In this document: positions 1 through 13,031 of the stretch, one piece after another
How positions within the stretch are numbered: the first letter of the stretch is position 1
Layout of the letters: each line of letters begins with the position of its first letter
Source of the DNA: Fistulifera solaris
Lineage: Eukaryota
Reading direction: 5' to 3'
Assembly (NCBI GenBank): GCA_030295235.1
Contig: AP026153.1
Span: 496,001 to 560,000, forward strand
Length of the DNA: 64,000 nucleotides
Position numbers and translations under genes: made by a program
The notes under the pieces: generated by a model
What the model was told of the DNA's origin: nothing
Databases searched by the model: none
What the model saw: only the letters and a program-made list of their open reading frames with translations

Positions 1-303
1 CTTCATGACATTTTTATCGTAGGTCTAGTTGTATAATTAATGAAATTCATACATACATTCTCCACGTTACCAACACGAACTTGGAGTAAATTGTGAGTCT
101 ATAGGAAATTAATGAAAGTCTATTGTGGATGGGATATAAAAATTTCGGCATTTTCTTGTTCTCGAACTGCATCCCATCGTCTCGTGTGTGTGTTTAATAT
201 GTATCTCATTTCGATTCGGTGAAAAGTCTATTGTGGTGTTGTATGTTTCATGTAACATATATCTCCCGAAAGTTTTCCGTGTGCAGGAATCAGCGGCGTT
301 TAG

Positions 304-1628
304 TTACGGCGAAGCACTGCGCTTCTTGAGATCGCCGTCGGTTTTTGACTTAGTGCCAGCCACCTTTTCGAGTCGACGAAGTGCCCGACTCTGAGCTCGA
401 CGCTCCAGTTCTCCCCTTCACGCCCAATTTGGGTACCCATTTTCCTTCTTGAAAGTGAAAAAACTCGTGAAAGTTGGGATTCCAACGGCGAAACTGGCGC
501 ACAATCGAAGCTTTTTGCACCTTGCGTTTGGACTCGGAGCCAGGCGAGACAGGTAAGTGAGTGTGATCTGAGACTTCCGAGCCGTAGGTGTGCATCAACT
601 CTAACATGTCACTGCGATGAAAAAGGAATTCTAACGTGAGGTATACGCAGCAAACTTGGGAAAAGCTATCGAAATGAAGACACTTACGCAACGGGTATTT
701 GCGAAATTTTTCCGACGGGAAGCTGACGCAGCTCATCCACTTGGGCTTGCAGGTCTTCAATCGCTTGCTGTAACGTTTCCACGAGCCGGTTTCGTTCCCC
801 CAGTTCGTATCGAAGAAGCGCATTATCGCGAGCAAGTTCGTCCAATACCTGCTGATGATTCGATGCTGACGGCGTATGAGTCCAGGATGTTTGCCAAGGC
901 CCAGTTCGAGCGGCACCCGGCTCAATCAAAAAGGGAGGCGTGGTGGATCCGCTCCTGGAGGAGAGACTACCGTGGCCCGGCAATTCCGCCCGTCCCTGAA
1001 AGCGCGGTTGCAACAAAGCTGCACCAGGTTGTCGGATGACCGTGGTCGTTGTCGTCGTTACCGAAACTCTGGAACCATCCGGCGATGTTGAGACGACGAG
1101 CCGTTTGTTGGAAGCGTCCGATGATTCATCGATACTGCGCTTGCGCGTGTTCCCGGTGCTCACGGGAGGTGCAAAGGCGGCATGAACGGCCTGCGGGTGA
1201 TGACAAAAAGCGGATGAACTGGAGGCAGGAAAGGTAGCTCCGGAAAGTTCTTGGCTCTTGTCCTCAAAACTATTCGATCTTTCATTGTTAATCGGAAACA
1301 TCATAGAGCTCCACTTTTCCGCCCACGAGGAACTCGATTGTAGTGAAGAAACAAAAGGCGACGCCGTACGACCGTCTAAAGTATATCCTACTGAGAGCGA
1401 CGGCGAGGTTTCGGGCGAAGCGGAACCTACGGTATGACAGTGCTTCGGGGAGACGAGATCAGTCGAAGGTGTTTGTGCAGCAATTTCTGTTGAAGGAGAA
1501 ACTCGAGCGGGGTTTTCCAGATCATTCTTCCAAGCGGCAGTCTGCGAAAGAAGCTCCAAGTTGCTGGAAGCTCGAGGGATTGTTGATTCTGTTCTACTTG
1601 AACAACGACTTGGCTCTGTCATTACCAT
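304..1628 (-). CDS. Hypothetical coiled-coil protein, 2 exons (intron 612-687), probable frameshift error near 414-417
   Basis: ORF 684-1628 ends at a GTAAGT donor; the acceptor TCGCAG at 612 rejoins in frame (QIPVA-DMLELM...RQFRRWNP). Removing one G from a G4 run gives GELERRAQ... with a stop at 304. A heptad coiled coil precedes the intron. Confidence 0.7.
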
Positions 1629-2294
1629 AGGTCATCCTGTTGCATGGCAACAAAAGTGTGTCCTCATCGCTTGGTGAGAAGAAAAACAAAATCGAATCAA
1701 TCGAGATGAAGGGAGAAGGGAGTGACCCTTATCCTATTTTCTGTTCTATAGTCCAAGATACTATCGGTTAATCTGTGGGAGGAATCAGTAGACCCGCACT
1801 TGGTATCTACGAGGGAATTTGGATTTCTCGATACTCCGAATGTCGACGTCGTCGACCGTGGTGGGCCGCACGATACGGTAAATGGCTCGCCGACCGTTAA
1901 CATGAAAATCCAAGATAGCCGTTGCCTAATTACAGTCATTACAAATGGAGTACCGGTATTCAAATGCCTATGTGACCATTTTTCTATCCGCGGAAAGGTA
2001 GAAAATTTTAGACGTGCTGTTGAAACACGAAACAGCTCTTGTCCCGCTTGAGATAATTCTCGCCAAAGTTACGACAGGTAGGTCTAGCTAGGGCCAACCT
2101 TGCTGGGCCGAGGGGTATGATCTACGTAGACGCTTAGAACTTATCAGCCAAGCAAGCAAAAACCGTAAAATATAATCTTGTGTAGGAATGCTGCATTAGC
2201 CCCTGTCTTGTTGCAAAATATACAGATTTTTCAGAAAAAGCTGCTCGCAACACGCCATACCCCGTAGATTTGTTAAAGAAATTTTAGCTATTCG

Positions 2295-3642
2295 TCAGTC
2301 ATCATCAGCAGAAGTCCTTCTGATGTTCTGCTTTTTCTTTTTAGCATTGAAGCCACTCGCCTTCTTCTGAAACTCGACCGGCTTTCCGTCACTAATCTTT
2401 TTGGCAACAAGATCATGGACGCTGAGCGTGCTTCCTTTATTTCCGTCTATGTCACCATGAATATTTACACCCTTGTATCCATCTTTCTCTCCACGGTTCC
2501 AGATATCATAGGCCCCCAGAGCCGAATCTCCTGCCGATTGAACGGCTGCTTCCTCCATGCGTCTCTCTTCTTTCCGCTTTTCCTCACGAGCTTGTTCTAT
2601 GGCGGCCACTCGACGTTGTTCTCGAAGCCTTGCTCTTTCTTCTTGAAGTTCCTTGCGGGCTGTAGTGCGTTTGATATGAACAGTAGTCCACGATGATAAC
2701 CCCGTTGCTTCGTCGATTTCGGCCTGTTCTGACTCGGCAAAATCTTCCTCTCCATCATAGCCGGCTAAAATGCGCGCTTCTTCTACAGTATCTGGAATCC
2801 GTTCATCTTGATTCCCATCGAGCACGATTCTTATTTGCGTCAATGGGATCGACTTTTGTATCGTTTCTTCGGTATCCTCCGGCGAAGCCAAGAATGCAAC
2901 ATCGACAGCTTTGAGACTCACCGAACCATCTTCCTTTTTTCGTTGCAGTGCCACGACCAGTGCTGGTTTCCAAAGGGAAGCATACGCGGGTAAACGTAGT
3001 TCGGCGGGGGTGGCTTGCGCCGATCCTTGCCACAATTGAATGGGCATCTCTTCTTCTAACATATCGCCAAAGACGTGGCCTTCCAAATAAGTAACTTCTT
3101 TGTCGTCTGCACTGATTTGTGTGTAATAACCTTCATCGGGGGCCAATTTGCGTTTCTTTTGTACTATTATTTGATCGTCGTCTTCTTGATCTCCTTCCTT
3201 TGGTTTCGTCGCTTCGTCGATGCGTTGCTTCTTTCGAGCCTGCCATTCCTTCATTTCCAGTTTCGAATTTCCCTGTGACGGCGGCAGTGTCGGAGGTGGC
3301 GGCGGAGGCGGAACGAATGAAGTTGTGAAAGAGGGTACAACCACAGGAAGGGGTGCTGCGTACAACGATGGTCCATCAAAATGTCTTAAATCTTCTGCGA
3401 GTGACGACCGCGCCGCGGCTTCCATTTGTGCCAGCGAATTTTGCAGAGCTTTCGACTTGGCTTCTTCTTTTGTTGACTTTTCCTTTTTTCTTTCATCTGC
3501 TCTTCCACCTTTTCACGATGTTTCTTCCCATTTTCATGCAATAGTATGGATTGTCGATCGGAACCCATCCACACGTTGCAAAGGCACAATAATGGCGCTC
3601 ATTGTTGCGCCATGCCTCCTTTCGTTTTCCAGTGCTTGACAT
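2295..3642 (-). CDS. U1/matrin-type zinc-finger protein (WBP4-like N-terminus), frameshifted in assembly
   Basis: N-terminal W..NERHYC..CNVWMGSDRQSILLHENGKKH (C2H2 U1-type finger) joins the 376-aa ORF 2295-3425 via small indels. Confidence 0.7.
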
Positions 3643-4144
3643 TGAAACATCTACGAGCAATAAGGCATTGATAGATTAGGTTGCAGTATTTGTATTGTGG
3701 ACTAATACTACTTGTAAAAGACTCTCGTAGCATTCAATGCTCATATCGCGTCGATGGTGAATTTTTTATATGCGTTTGTCGTTAGGTTTTTTGTCTCGGG
3801 TTAGGGTTAAAGCTAAGGGACTTAGCTGCTCTGCAGTCCTGTCACGGTTCAATGATTTATGATTTTAGCAATAGTTGCAGCTTGATAGAAGAGATCAGTG
3901 TATCCATTGGTATCGTTGCTAGTAAAACCCTCGTTTGACAGACTGAAATTACGCACCTGCTTAGGTTCGAGTTGAAAACAAACAAATCAGAGATCAATTC
4001 GATGCCGTTCGAGTACACACTCACTATTAGGAATGGATATCTCTCTCTAGTTAGTCAGTTGTATAACCATTTTGTACAAAGCATTCTTCTATATCTATCT
4101 ATGGTTTTAAATTTTTCGGGTTCTGCAATTTATATCTTTCGAAA

Positions 4145-5178
4145 TTAACAAAGAAAGGAAGCATCCCACATCGATTGCAGTCCGTAGACTTCCACATCGG
4201 CGACGTCAAACGAACCACCGGGCACCAACGGTGGATTTCCAAACGTACGACAGCGTCCCGTTTGACCGCGCGTCAAGTGATCGCGCAAGATCCATCCAAA
4301 ATCTCCACCGCCTCCCATACAAATCATTTGTCGATGCGTGTCACAGATTTGACAGTAATCGTTGGATCCCGTCCACGAGAAGATCTGCAGAGGGATTTCC
4401 GACAGTGGTAGTGTTGTACGCGCTTCTGCATCGAGACCTGGAATACTTTGTTCCGGATACGACGCGAACAAAAACGATTGACCGGTTCCATAGTAGGTTC
4501 CTGGTTTGGTACTACGATCTGGCGCCGCTTGCCACGGTTGGGATGCAAAACCTCCCAAAACATGCCCTTCTACGGTTCGGATCACCAATAAAGTATACGT
4601 AAAGGCGGAACACGAGTCCAGTAACTTGATGAACGAATCGCCATCCCGACCCAAGGCAAAACAGCGATGCCAAGAATTCATTTGTAAGGATTCGGGTAAA
4701 CACGAATGAAGTTGCTGCATCATGTCCTTCGTCAAAATGCGCGGACAATGATCTTCCAGTGATTCCTCACAATGCAAGAAATCATGATCCGTGACAGATG
4801 AATCTCGTAAATCCTCCTCCGAAGAATCGGCATCATCTGAGGATGAATCTTGCGTGGATACGGTAGTGGGAGAGTCTCGTTTCCGGTCCCAGAACCTTGT
4901 GGTATCCGTCTTTTTCATCGGCGTGTTCGCTGCAAAAGAAGATCGCTTTCCTTGATCAACATCATATTATCGTCATCATCGAAAGATGAAACTCGATCGT
5001 CTTCGTCCGCGGAATTCAACCATACGGAAGCTTTTCGCGGAGGAAGAAGACGTCGTATCCACGGCGGCGAACAACAACAAGAATCAACGTTTGGTTTCTT
5101 CGGCAAAGAGCGCTTGGTCAACATGACAGGAAAATAGGCGCGCACGCTCAATCGACGTTTCGTTCCCCTCGTCGGCAA
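4145..5178 (-). CDS. TLDc-domain (OXR1/NCOA7-like) protein; 5' end uncertain
   Basis: RDGDSF...LLVIRT..GHVLGGFASQPW...YYGTGQSFLF...WTGSN...CMGGGG...C.TFGN motifs. Confidence 0.85.
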
Positions 5179-5703
5179 GCAGATGACTCTCTTCTCTTTG
5201 TCCGAACGCTTTTATTGACGACAATTCTTCACGCAATTATTCCTCTGGTCGACAACTCGACTTGATTTTCCGACATGCCGCTGTTCCTTTGTTAGGTACT
5301 ATCTTTCGTGACAAGCAGATGTCGAATGATTCAAAGTCTTTATTTCTTTTCTCGCAAAAACAGGGGTGCAACGGCTCGTTTTTGTTTTTCACTCTGCGGG
5401 AGTTATCTGGCTCGCCCGGTTGTCCGTTGGATTTATGTGATACAGAATGATAGTCCGTTGCAATCCATTGTGACATCGCTGGTTCTTGTACTGTACTGAC
5501 GGACATGCCCTTCCGACAACAAGGGATAAGGGATAAGGTACGAGTCTGTGCGGCGTACGATCATCTTCGGTAAGAACGTGCCTCGTTGCACGGATTTGAT
5601 TTTCTCCATACCTCCGATCGACACAGAATAATGTGCATTCATTCTTCTCACAATCGATTGCTTCGTTCCTTCGTTCTTTTCCTCTCTCCTACGTACAAAT
5701 ACA

Positions 5704-6658
5704 ATGCAAGACATTGAAGAAATACATCGCCGGGCGGTCGAACAAGGATCGACGACGTACATCGACCCGGATACGGGCTTTACAGTCTTTACCGAGTTGG
5801 CCCATCGACGGAGAGGTTTTTGTTGTGGAAATATGTGTCGACATTGTCCGTACGATCACGTGAATGTGCGAGGAAAGACGAAAACACGAAAGGTTGCCAT
5901 AGTCGAAGAAGAAGAAGAAAAAGAGATTTGCCCATCCAAAGGAGGACGACACGGTGGAAGACTCACATCCAAGAATGTGCCGTACACACGTTCGGGGGAT
6001 GCCGGGACGAGTAGTTTATTGACGGGAGAGCGTCGACTGAAAACGGATTTGTCATTTGAAGCGATGGGGACTGTCGATGAATTGTGTTCGGCGGTCGGTG
6101 TCGCCTATGCAGAATTGCAACAACAACATCATCCAGATGCCCGGCTTGAGGAATGGTTGTTGGAGATCATGTCACGATTGTTTGATGTAGGATCCCATTT
6201 GGCGAAACCGCGGCGTGTGGATGATGATAATGACGATGAAGAGGAAGAGATATTTGTCGCCGATGGCATCGGAGGTGGATTTAGTTCGGAACACATTGAT
6301 ACACTGGAAGACTGGATCGATTTATTGACCGACGAATTGCCCGAGTTGACATCCTTTATATTGCCCACGGGGACCAAAGCTGCGGCATTCTTCCATGTGG
6401 CTCGCACCGTGTGTCGACGCGCCGAACGATGCGTGGTGCCGTTGGTGCAGGCAAAGGTGTGTGATCCTCGTGCGTTGCAGTATTTAAACCGATTGTCCGA
6501 TTTTTTTGTTTGCGGCGGCGCGCTATGCCAATTTAAAGCTCGGAACGAAGCGAGAAGAAATTCTGTACCGCAAACCGAACCGTGTCGCCCAGCAACGGCA
6601 GCGTGTGGTGGTGTCCACCCAGTCGAACGCGACGAAGAATGAAAAAGAAAACAGCTAG
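5704..6658 (+). CDS. MMAB: PduO/MMAB-type cob(I)alamin adenosyltransferase with N-terminal DUF5522-like Cys-rich domain
   Basis: [31 protein letters not shown] and YLNRLSD motifs; N-terminal YIDP.TG..VFT...H..RG.CCG..CRHCPY. One extra T at 6501-6507; correcting it gives [10 protein letters not shown] and a stop at 6658. Confidence 0.9.
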
Positions 6659-6685
6659 CCTTGTCTGGGCAATACAAAACACTGA

Positions 6686-7754
6686 CTATAAATTAAACAC
6701 TCCCTGTTGTTGCGATTGAAATATTGTAAAATTGGCTTCGAGTGTATTTTGAATGGTTTCAAAACTCATGAAGATGATCCCTTGTCCGGGAACGACACGA
6801 CCCAATCGCGGAACAACTCCCGCATACAAGGCCGCCACTCCTTCGTGTCTCAGTATTTGTTGAAAACAATCCAACGTATTTTTGTAACGACGCGCTTCGG
6901 TTCCTTGCATGCGCGTCTTGATGACATCAAACGGATTGTTGCCCAGTGTACTGAAACACCCGGCCGACATTCCACCCAAGAGTCCCAACAAGGGTGTCAT
7001 GGGCGTGGCTCCGTCCTTCGTGACAATACGCTTGTATTCGTTGAACCACATGAACCGCAGACCCTGATTCGACCCTTGTTTGAGTGCCGTGGCCGACGCC
7101 CCCTGATAAATGCCTTTCCATCCTTCTTTTCGCAATATCTCTTGCATCCCGGCCCGGAAGGGTTGATTCTGTTCGATGCATCGTGTTTTAATGGTTTCGA
7201 CGGGTGTCACGATAATCAAAGCTTCGGCGACTCCGGCACCCAATCCGGCGACAAAGTTCTTGGCCGGTGTCAAATTCCCGTTCGTGTCACGCAACTGTTC
7301 TTTGATAATCGAATTCAAACCAAATCGAATGCCGGCTTTCGGGATCGAGCCGATTAAGCTGAAAATGAGAAATGAGAAACAGAAAACAAGACGACAAAGG
7401 AAGAAAGAAAGAAACCGCAACGTACGTAGGTGCCAGACCGCGATACAGTGACAGAAAACCGGTTTCGCGAACCGTGTAAGCCAATCCTCCCATCATACTC
7501 GTATACGGGGGCTTACTACCGGCCATTTTCGACTGCAATTGCAATTGTGTCTGTCGAAAGAAGAAGACGACAATCAGATGGAATTGATTCGACCAAGAAC
7601 ACAGTAGCTCTTTCTTTCATTCTGCGTTTCAAATTATTTTCGTTTTAGTCACCTTGATGAATTCCATCGGCCAAACCGCCGTGGCTTCAATGCCACCTGC
7701 AATACATCCGGCTGCCAAAGCTGTGAAAGGATTCTTCTTTTTCGTTTCTGACAT
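6686..7754 (-). CDS. Mitochondrial carrier, citrate/tricarboxylate transporter-like, 3 exons
   Basis: PMEFIK, PVETIKT and PFDVIKTRMQ carrier signatures; GSIPKAGIRF and KQGSNQGLRF; introns about 7551-7653 and about 7359-7426. Confidence 0.9.
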
Positions 7755-8147
7755 ACTTGTCAACTGAGCATTTGTTTCAATTCAATATTCATTCAGGGAA
7801 GATACGAAATGGAAAAGCCGCGTTTTTGACGGGACGTCGCATTTTTCGCTTTTGTACGTGTGCGCGAATGAATCTTTGAAGCGTCCGTCATGCGTCCAAA
7901 AGCTGCGGATAGTAGACGGGGAACATCATCAACAATGACGTCATGCTTTGCTCTACTATTTGTATCTCAAGGAGTACCGGACTGACGAAGGATGACGATG
8001 CATTCGCAATTTTTTCTCTTTTTGTTTTCTTCTTTATTATTTCTCGCTCGATAATGAAAAGACATCATCATCAGAACCATATCATTCGTTTGATGCAACA
8101 CCAACCGACTACGACCCTTTAAATTGTTATATAGATAGTTTTCAAAC

Positions 8148-10056
8148 ATGAGCGGACCGGAGAACGAAGACAACAAAATCCAGAAGGCGAGTCGCGAGGA
8201 TGTTGAGGCCACGACCCGCCCTCATGTCTACACACCCGAGTGCCCCGACAATGCCCCGGCGGTTCTAACATTCTCGAATCTTACTGTAACCAAGAGAGGC
8301 GGTAATAAGAAGAAGCTTCTGAACAATGTTAGTGGAAGTATGACGGGTGGTCTTTGGGCTATCATGGGTGAGCCTCTTTGAGTCTCCTTGTCGCTGTTTG
8401 GAAAATCGACTTGACGCATTCCTCACATTATTTTTTAACAACCAGGCCCTTCCGGCAGTGGTAAAACCACTCTGTTGAGCACTCTTGCTTTGAGACTCAA
8501 TACCCGAGTCATGGAGGTCAAAGGAGAAATCCGTCTGAATGGCAGAGAGTACGACGCCAGTCTCCTCAAATCCATGTCCGCCTACGTCATGCAAGACGAT
8601 CTGCTCCATGCCGAGCTCACGGTCGCCGAGACCCTTTACTGGGCTTCCCTTCTCCGCATGCCATTGGATACCAAGGAAAAAGATCGTGCTGAAAGGGTCC
8701 AGGAAGTCATTGAATTAATGGGCATTGAGCACAGCCGCGACACCATCGTAGGAAATACCCGTCGCAAAGGCATTTCCGGTGGCGAGCGGAAACGCCTCTG
8801 CATTGCCGTGGAGCTACTGAATCGTCCCAAACTGATTTTTTTGGACGAACCGACGTCCGGACTGGATAGCACCACGGCCTACATTGTCATCAAGGCCATC
8901 AAGAACCTGACTTCCCTCGGCGAGTGCACCGCTGTTTGCACCATCCATCAGCCCGCGCAAATGACGTTTGCACTCTTTGACAACCTAATCTTAATGAAAA
9001 GTGGAGAGGCGGTCTTTCAGGGATCCTTGGGGAACATTAGTCACTTTCTGGATACCCTTGGCAAGCCGTGTCCCCCGAACACGTGTGTCGCGGATCACCT
9101 GATCGAGGCCATTGCGCCCCACAGCTTGGATCACGAATATCACCGAAAGTTTACCGTGCCGATCGATCTGGGATACGGTTATGAGAAACACAACTTTGCT
9201 GACATGCAGGAAGCCAAAAGCATTCTGTTTCAGATTTCTGTACTCGTCCGCCGCAACCTGCAGCAGCAGATGCGCAACTGGGATACTTGGTTGATGGGTG
9301 TCTTGTCCACTATCGTGATAGCATTCTTCATTTCCGGTGGCGTGTGGAAAGGCATTGGCAACGACCAGGAGGCTATTGCACTATTACCGCCAGCGTTATT
9401 CTTTACGTGTGTGAATCAGGGTATTTTTGCCTCCCTTCAGTGCGTGAACTCGTTTCCCGGCGAACGAGCGATCATGCTCCGCGAGCGCCAGTCCGGTGCC
9501 TACACCACTTTGGCGTATTTCACGGCCAAATCGCTCGTCGACACAGTGGTACTGATTTGGCAGCCCATCCTCTTCTCCTGCATTGTATACCCAATGTTCA
9601 ACCTACAGGACGATATTCAGAAGTTCTTCATTTACATGTTGTTCATGGTGCTTTGTTCCATGGCCGCCGTCGCTCTCGCCACCGCGGTGACCTGTATCGC
9701 GCTGACCGTGGAGCTTTCCACCGTGATTCTTTCCTTATTCTTTGAAATCTGCCGCCTGTATGGAGGGTTCTTCACCTCCCCCAACCAGCTGGACACCGCG
9801 GAATTTACGAAATGGAAGTGGCTGGATGCGATCAGTTACATCAAGTATGCCTTTGTCGGTGTGGCGCTCAACGAACTCAATGACTTGGAGTTCACCTGCC
9901 CCAGTGGTGACTGCGAAATCACTACGGGTGAGGCAGGTTTCGGCACAAAAGGGTTATGATGAGTACAGCATTCCCTTGTGTGCCGGCATTTTAGTTTTGT
10001 ATATCGCCGTATGCCGATTCATCGGTTACATGGGGTTGAAGTTTATCAAGCACTAA
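8148..10056 (+). CDS. ABCG (White-like) half transporter, intron 8368-8445, indel near 9940
   Basis: GPSGSGKT Walker A formed across the splice, ISGGERKR signature, LDEPTSGLD, TIHQP and an ABC2 membrane domain. Confidence 0.95.
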
Positions 10057-11088
10057 GCAAATTGTATAGTTAAAAGCCTTTGCGTTTTAGATATTGAGTT
10101 TGAAATACTCATGTCTCAAGTCCAAAGCCACTCGTAAATTTGATTCTGTTAGATTTACTCCACGATCAAAACACCGATTCCAGGATTTCTGGAACCTCCA
10201 CAGAATGTCTGTAACAGCCAAAACACCGATTCCAGATTTACCAACTCCAAATTTTCTGGAACGTCCAGCAAGAGGAATATGGACACCCAACAAACCAATT
10301 CCAGATTTTCTGGAACGTACAAAAAATGTCTGTAAAATTCAAAACATTGATTCCAGATTTTCTGGAACATCCGCAGACTGTCTGTTAGCAAACCAATTCC
10401 AGATTTTCTGGAACGTTTACAAGACTTGTGTTTGACGCACACCATCTATTCCAGAATTTCTGGAACGTTTACAGGACGTCTGGTTGACGCAAACACCTGG
10501 TCCAGAATTTCTGGAACGTCCGCAGAATGTCTATAAGACCCAAAACACCTCTTCCAGAATTTTTGGAAGTTGAACAGATTTTCATATGTTTACAAACACC
10601 AGTTCATTCAATCCAAAATGTCCACAGAGTTTCTGTAGGGGTCGACAAAACCTCCCTGAGGCGCAAAACTGACGAATATATATGTAGTCGTTAGCGCAAG
10701 ATACCGATTCCAGATTTTCTGGATCGTCTACAGGACTTATTTTGACGCAAAACACCTAGTCCAGAATTTCTGGACCTTGTTCACAGAAATTCTGCTTGGC
10801 GCTAAACAGTGATTCCAGAATTTCTGGAATGTCGACAAAACCTCTTGGACAAAACCTTCATTTGGCGCAAGATACCGGTCCCAGGTTTTCTGGAACTTTT
10901 ACCTGGTACAGGACTTCTGTTTGATGCAAAACACCAGGTCCAGAATTTCTGGACCACTTCCACAGAATTTCTGCTCGATGTTAATCAGCTATTCCAGAAT
11001 TCCTGGAAAGTCGACAGAACCTCCGTGTGGCGCAAGATACAGGTACTAATTCCAGATTCTCTTGAACTTACACAAGACCTGCTTGACG

Positions 11089-13031
11089 CAAGGAGAAAAC
11101 AAAGTACCAAGGAGGTAAAACGGCTACTCAGGCCGCGGTCAAACTACTGACCCCCGCTGCGTGCGTCAGTCGTCCGGTGTTGCAAGCATCTTGGTACCAA
11201 AGTTACGAGGACCTACGTACTATAGAAATTAAAAGAGCTAAATATTTTCGCAAGTTCGGAGGGGGAGAAAATCATTGCAAACAAGCACAATAATACGCGC
11301 TTTGCGGCTATTTCATTTGCGTTTATTGTGATCATATTTTCGTCCTCTCAACATTTCGTTGGATAATATGTCTCAAAAAGAAGATAAGAAAGAAGTTTGC
11401 AGCTGCATGTGGCCCGATTGTGCGTGGCTGAGCGAGCAGATCGATCTTTACGCAGACAAAGATCATGTCTGGCGAGGCAAGTGCCATCGGTGGACTGAGT
11501 CGAAGCTGAAAGGCGTAGACGAGAGCACAAGGCTCGAAAAGATGCTGCTTCTTTCTGCGATGTGCAAACATGTTACTGGTCTTCAGGAAAAGTTCCTAAA
11601 GGGTGGGCGAAAAGGGCACAGAAAAGAAATCGTTCTAGCTCGGCATCACTTCCCTGAAGTGGTATATAATTTTCTCGGCGCACATCGAATTACTAATTTG
11701 CTCACAAGAAACGAAATGATTGAGCTCCGCAAGAAAAGACAAATCGTTTCGTCTATCTGAAGATTGCAATAAAGTTGGAAGGCTCTACAAGGATTTTATC
11801 TGATACAATTTTTCCTGAACTGTGCAAAAACTCGATCGGCACCCCGCACCAACCGTTTTACGAATCAATTACAAAAGGAGAAAACGAAATCGAGCTGAAC
11901 CAGGAATGTCAGAAAATTGTTGCTTGGTGTTGGGAAAAATTAGATCACTCGATGGATGTTGCAAAGAACAGTCTTCAGCGACACTTCTACCTTCGTCTGT
12001 ACAGGAAAATTTGTGAAGGGCATACTCTTGTAAACCCCAAATCCGCATTGAATAACCGAGTGGGAATGGCTTTTCTTTACCAAATTCTGGCGAAGGTTGT
12101 TCTTGGAGAAATAAACAACATTCTGTTGAAAATGAAACCGGCAGCAGAAGCACGTGACACGGCGGTTGATTGGCGTGTTCGTCAGAAGACAGATGTCAAT
12201 CGATTTATGGGATGGGCGCTCTTTTCTCTTCGGACAAAGCTGCACAAAGGAAAGCGAGAGCGAAAGATGGACGAAGATGAGAAGGTCAACAACGGAAAGT
12301 GAGATTATTCACAACGCAAATTACTTGGAGAATTATTATCCTTTCGTTGAAAGGATATATAACAAGGGTCGTCTTACCTTAGTATCGGAAGGTTACATTA
12401 AGCTTGGTCACGAACTTATGATTGCGATAACGGAGAGTCTAACGGTTGATGAACTCAAGATTTACCGGAAGCAATTTGCCGAAGAGTGCAGAAGAAGAGT
12501 CACCAAGATTGTTAAGCAAAGGCTGCTGCCAAACTTTCTTGCACTAAGCAAGGAATCAGAGCTTTCGACTAAGACACGCACGGTATGGTTCGAGAAGATC
12601 GTAAGAAAAACTTTCAACGCACGCGTGGGTGCGTTCCTGCGCTATTACACAAGTGAAAACCTCTTACGTGGCGCTAAATTCGAACAAAGCGATACGACCA
12701 GAGGGAAGATAAAGCACGAAACAGGGAATAATGCATCGAGAAAGAGAAAAAGATAAGTAAGCAACGTATTAAGGTCAAATACATGGTCTCTTTACATCAG
12801 TTTCATAGTCGTTTTTACCGTGATGCGTTGCAAGAAATCCTCCCTCAGAACTTGCGAAAATATTTAGCTCTATTAATTTCTATAGTACGTAGGTCCACGT
12901 AGCTTTTGTACCATGATGCTTGCCGCACCGGACGACTGACGCACGCAGCGGGGGTCAGTAGTAGTTTGACCGTGCCTTACACGGGGCTCGATACGGGCGT
13001 TTTACCTCCTTGGTACTTTATTTTCTCCTTG
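11089..13031 (+). mobile_element. Non-autonomous, internally deleted TIR DNA transposon, probably P superfamily
   Basis: Imperfect TIRs of about 175-190 bp starting CAAGGAGAAAA; exact 8-bp TSD GCTTGACG at 11081-11088 and 13032-13039; internal transposase-like fragments. Confidence 0.9.
11368..12756 (+). pseudogene. Transposase remnant: THAP-like N-terminus plus P-transposase-like C-terminal region, with no recognisable catalytic core
   Basis: CMWPDC...ARHHF in 11368-11760; VNRFMGWAL and YNKGRLTLVS resemble the Y.aGyv and rGGL..ps motifs; basic NLS-like end (RKRKR). Confidence 0.55.

Noticed and set aside
3797..3820. Telomere-like GGGTTAGGGTTA
   Set aside because: Only about two units; compatible with chance.
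10094..11150. ORFs with repeated IPEFLE-like peptides
   Set aside because: By-products of the array; the period is not a multiple of 3 and frames are not maintained.
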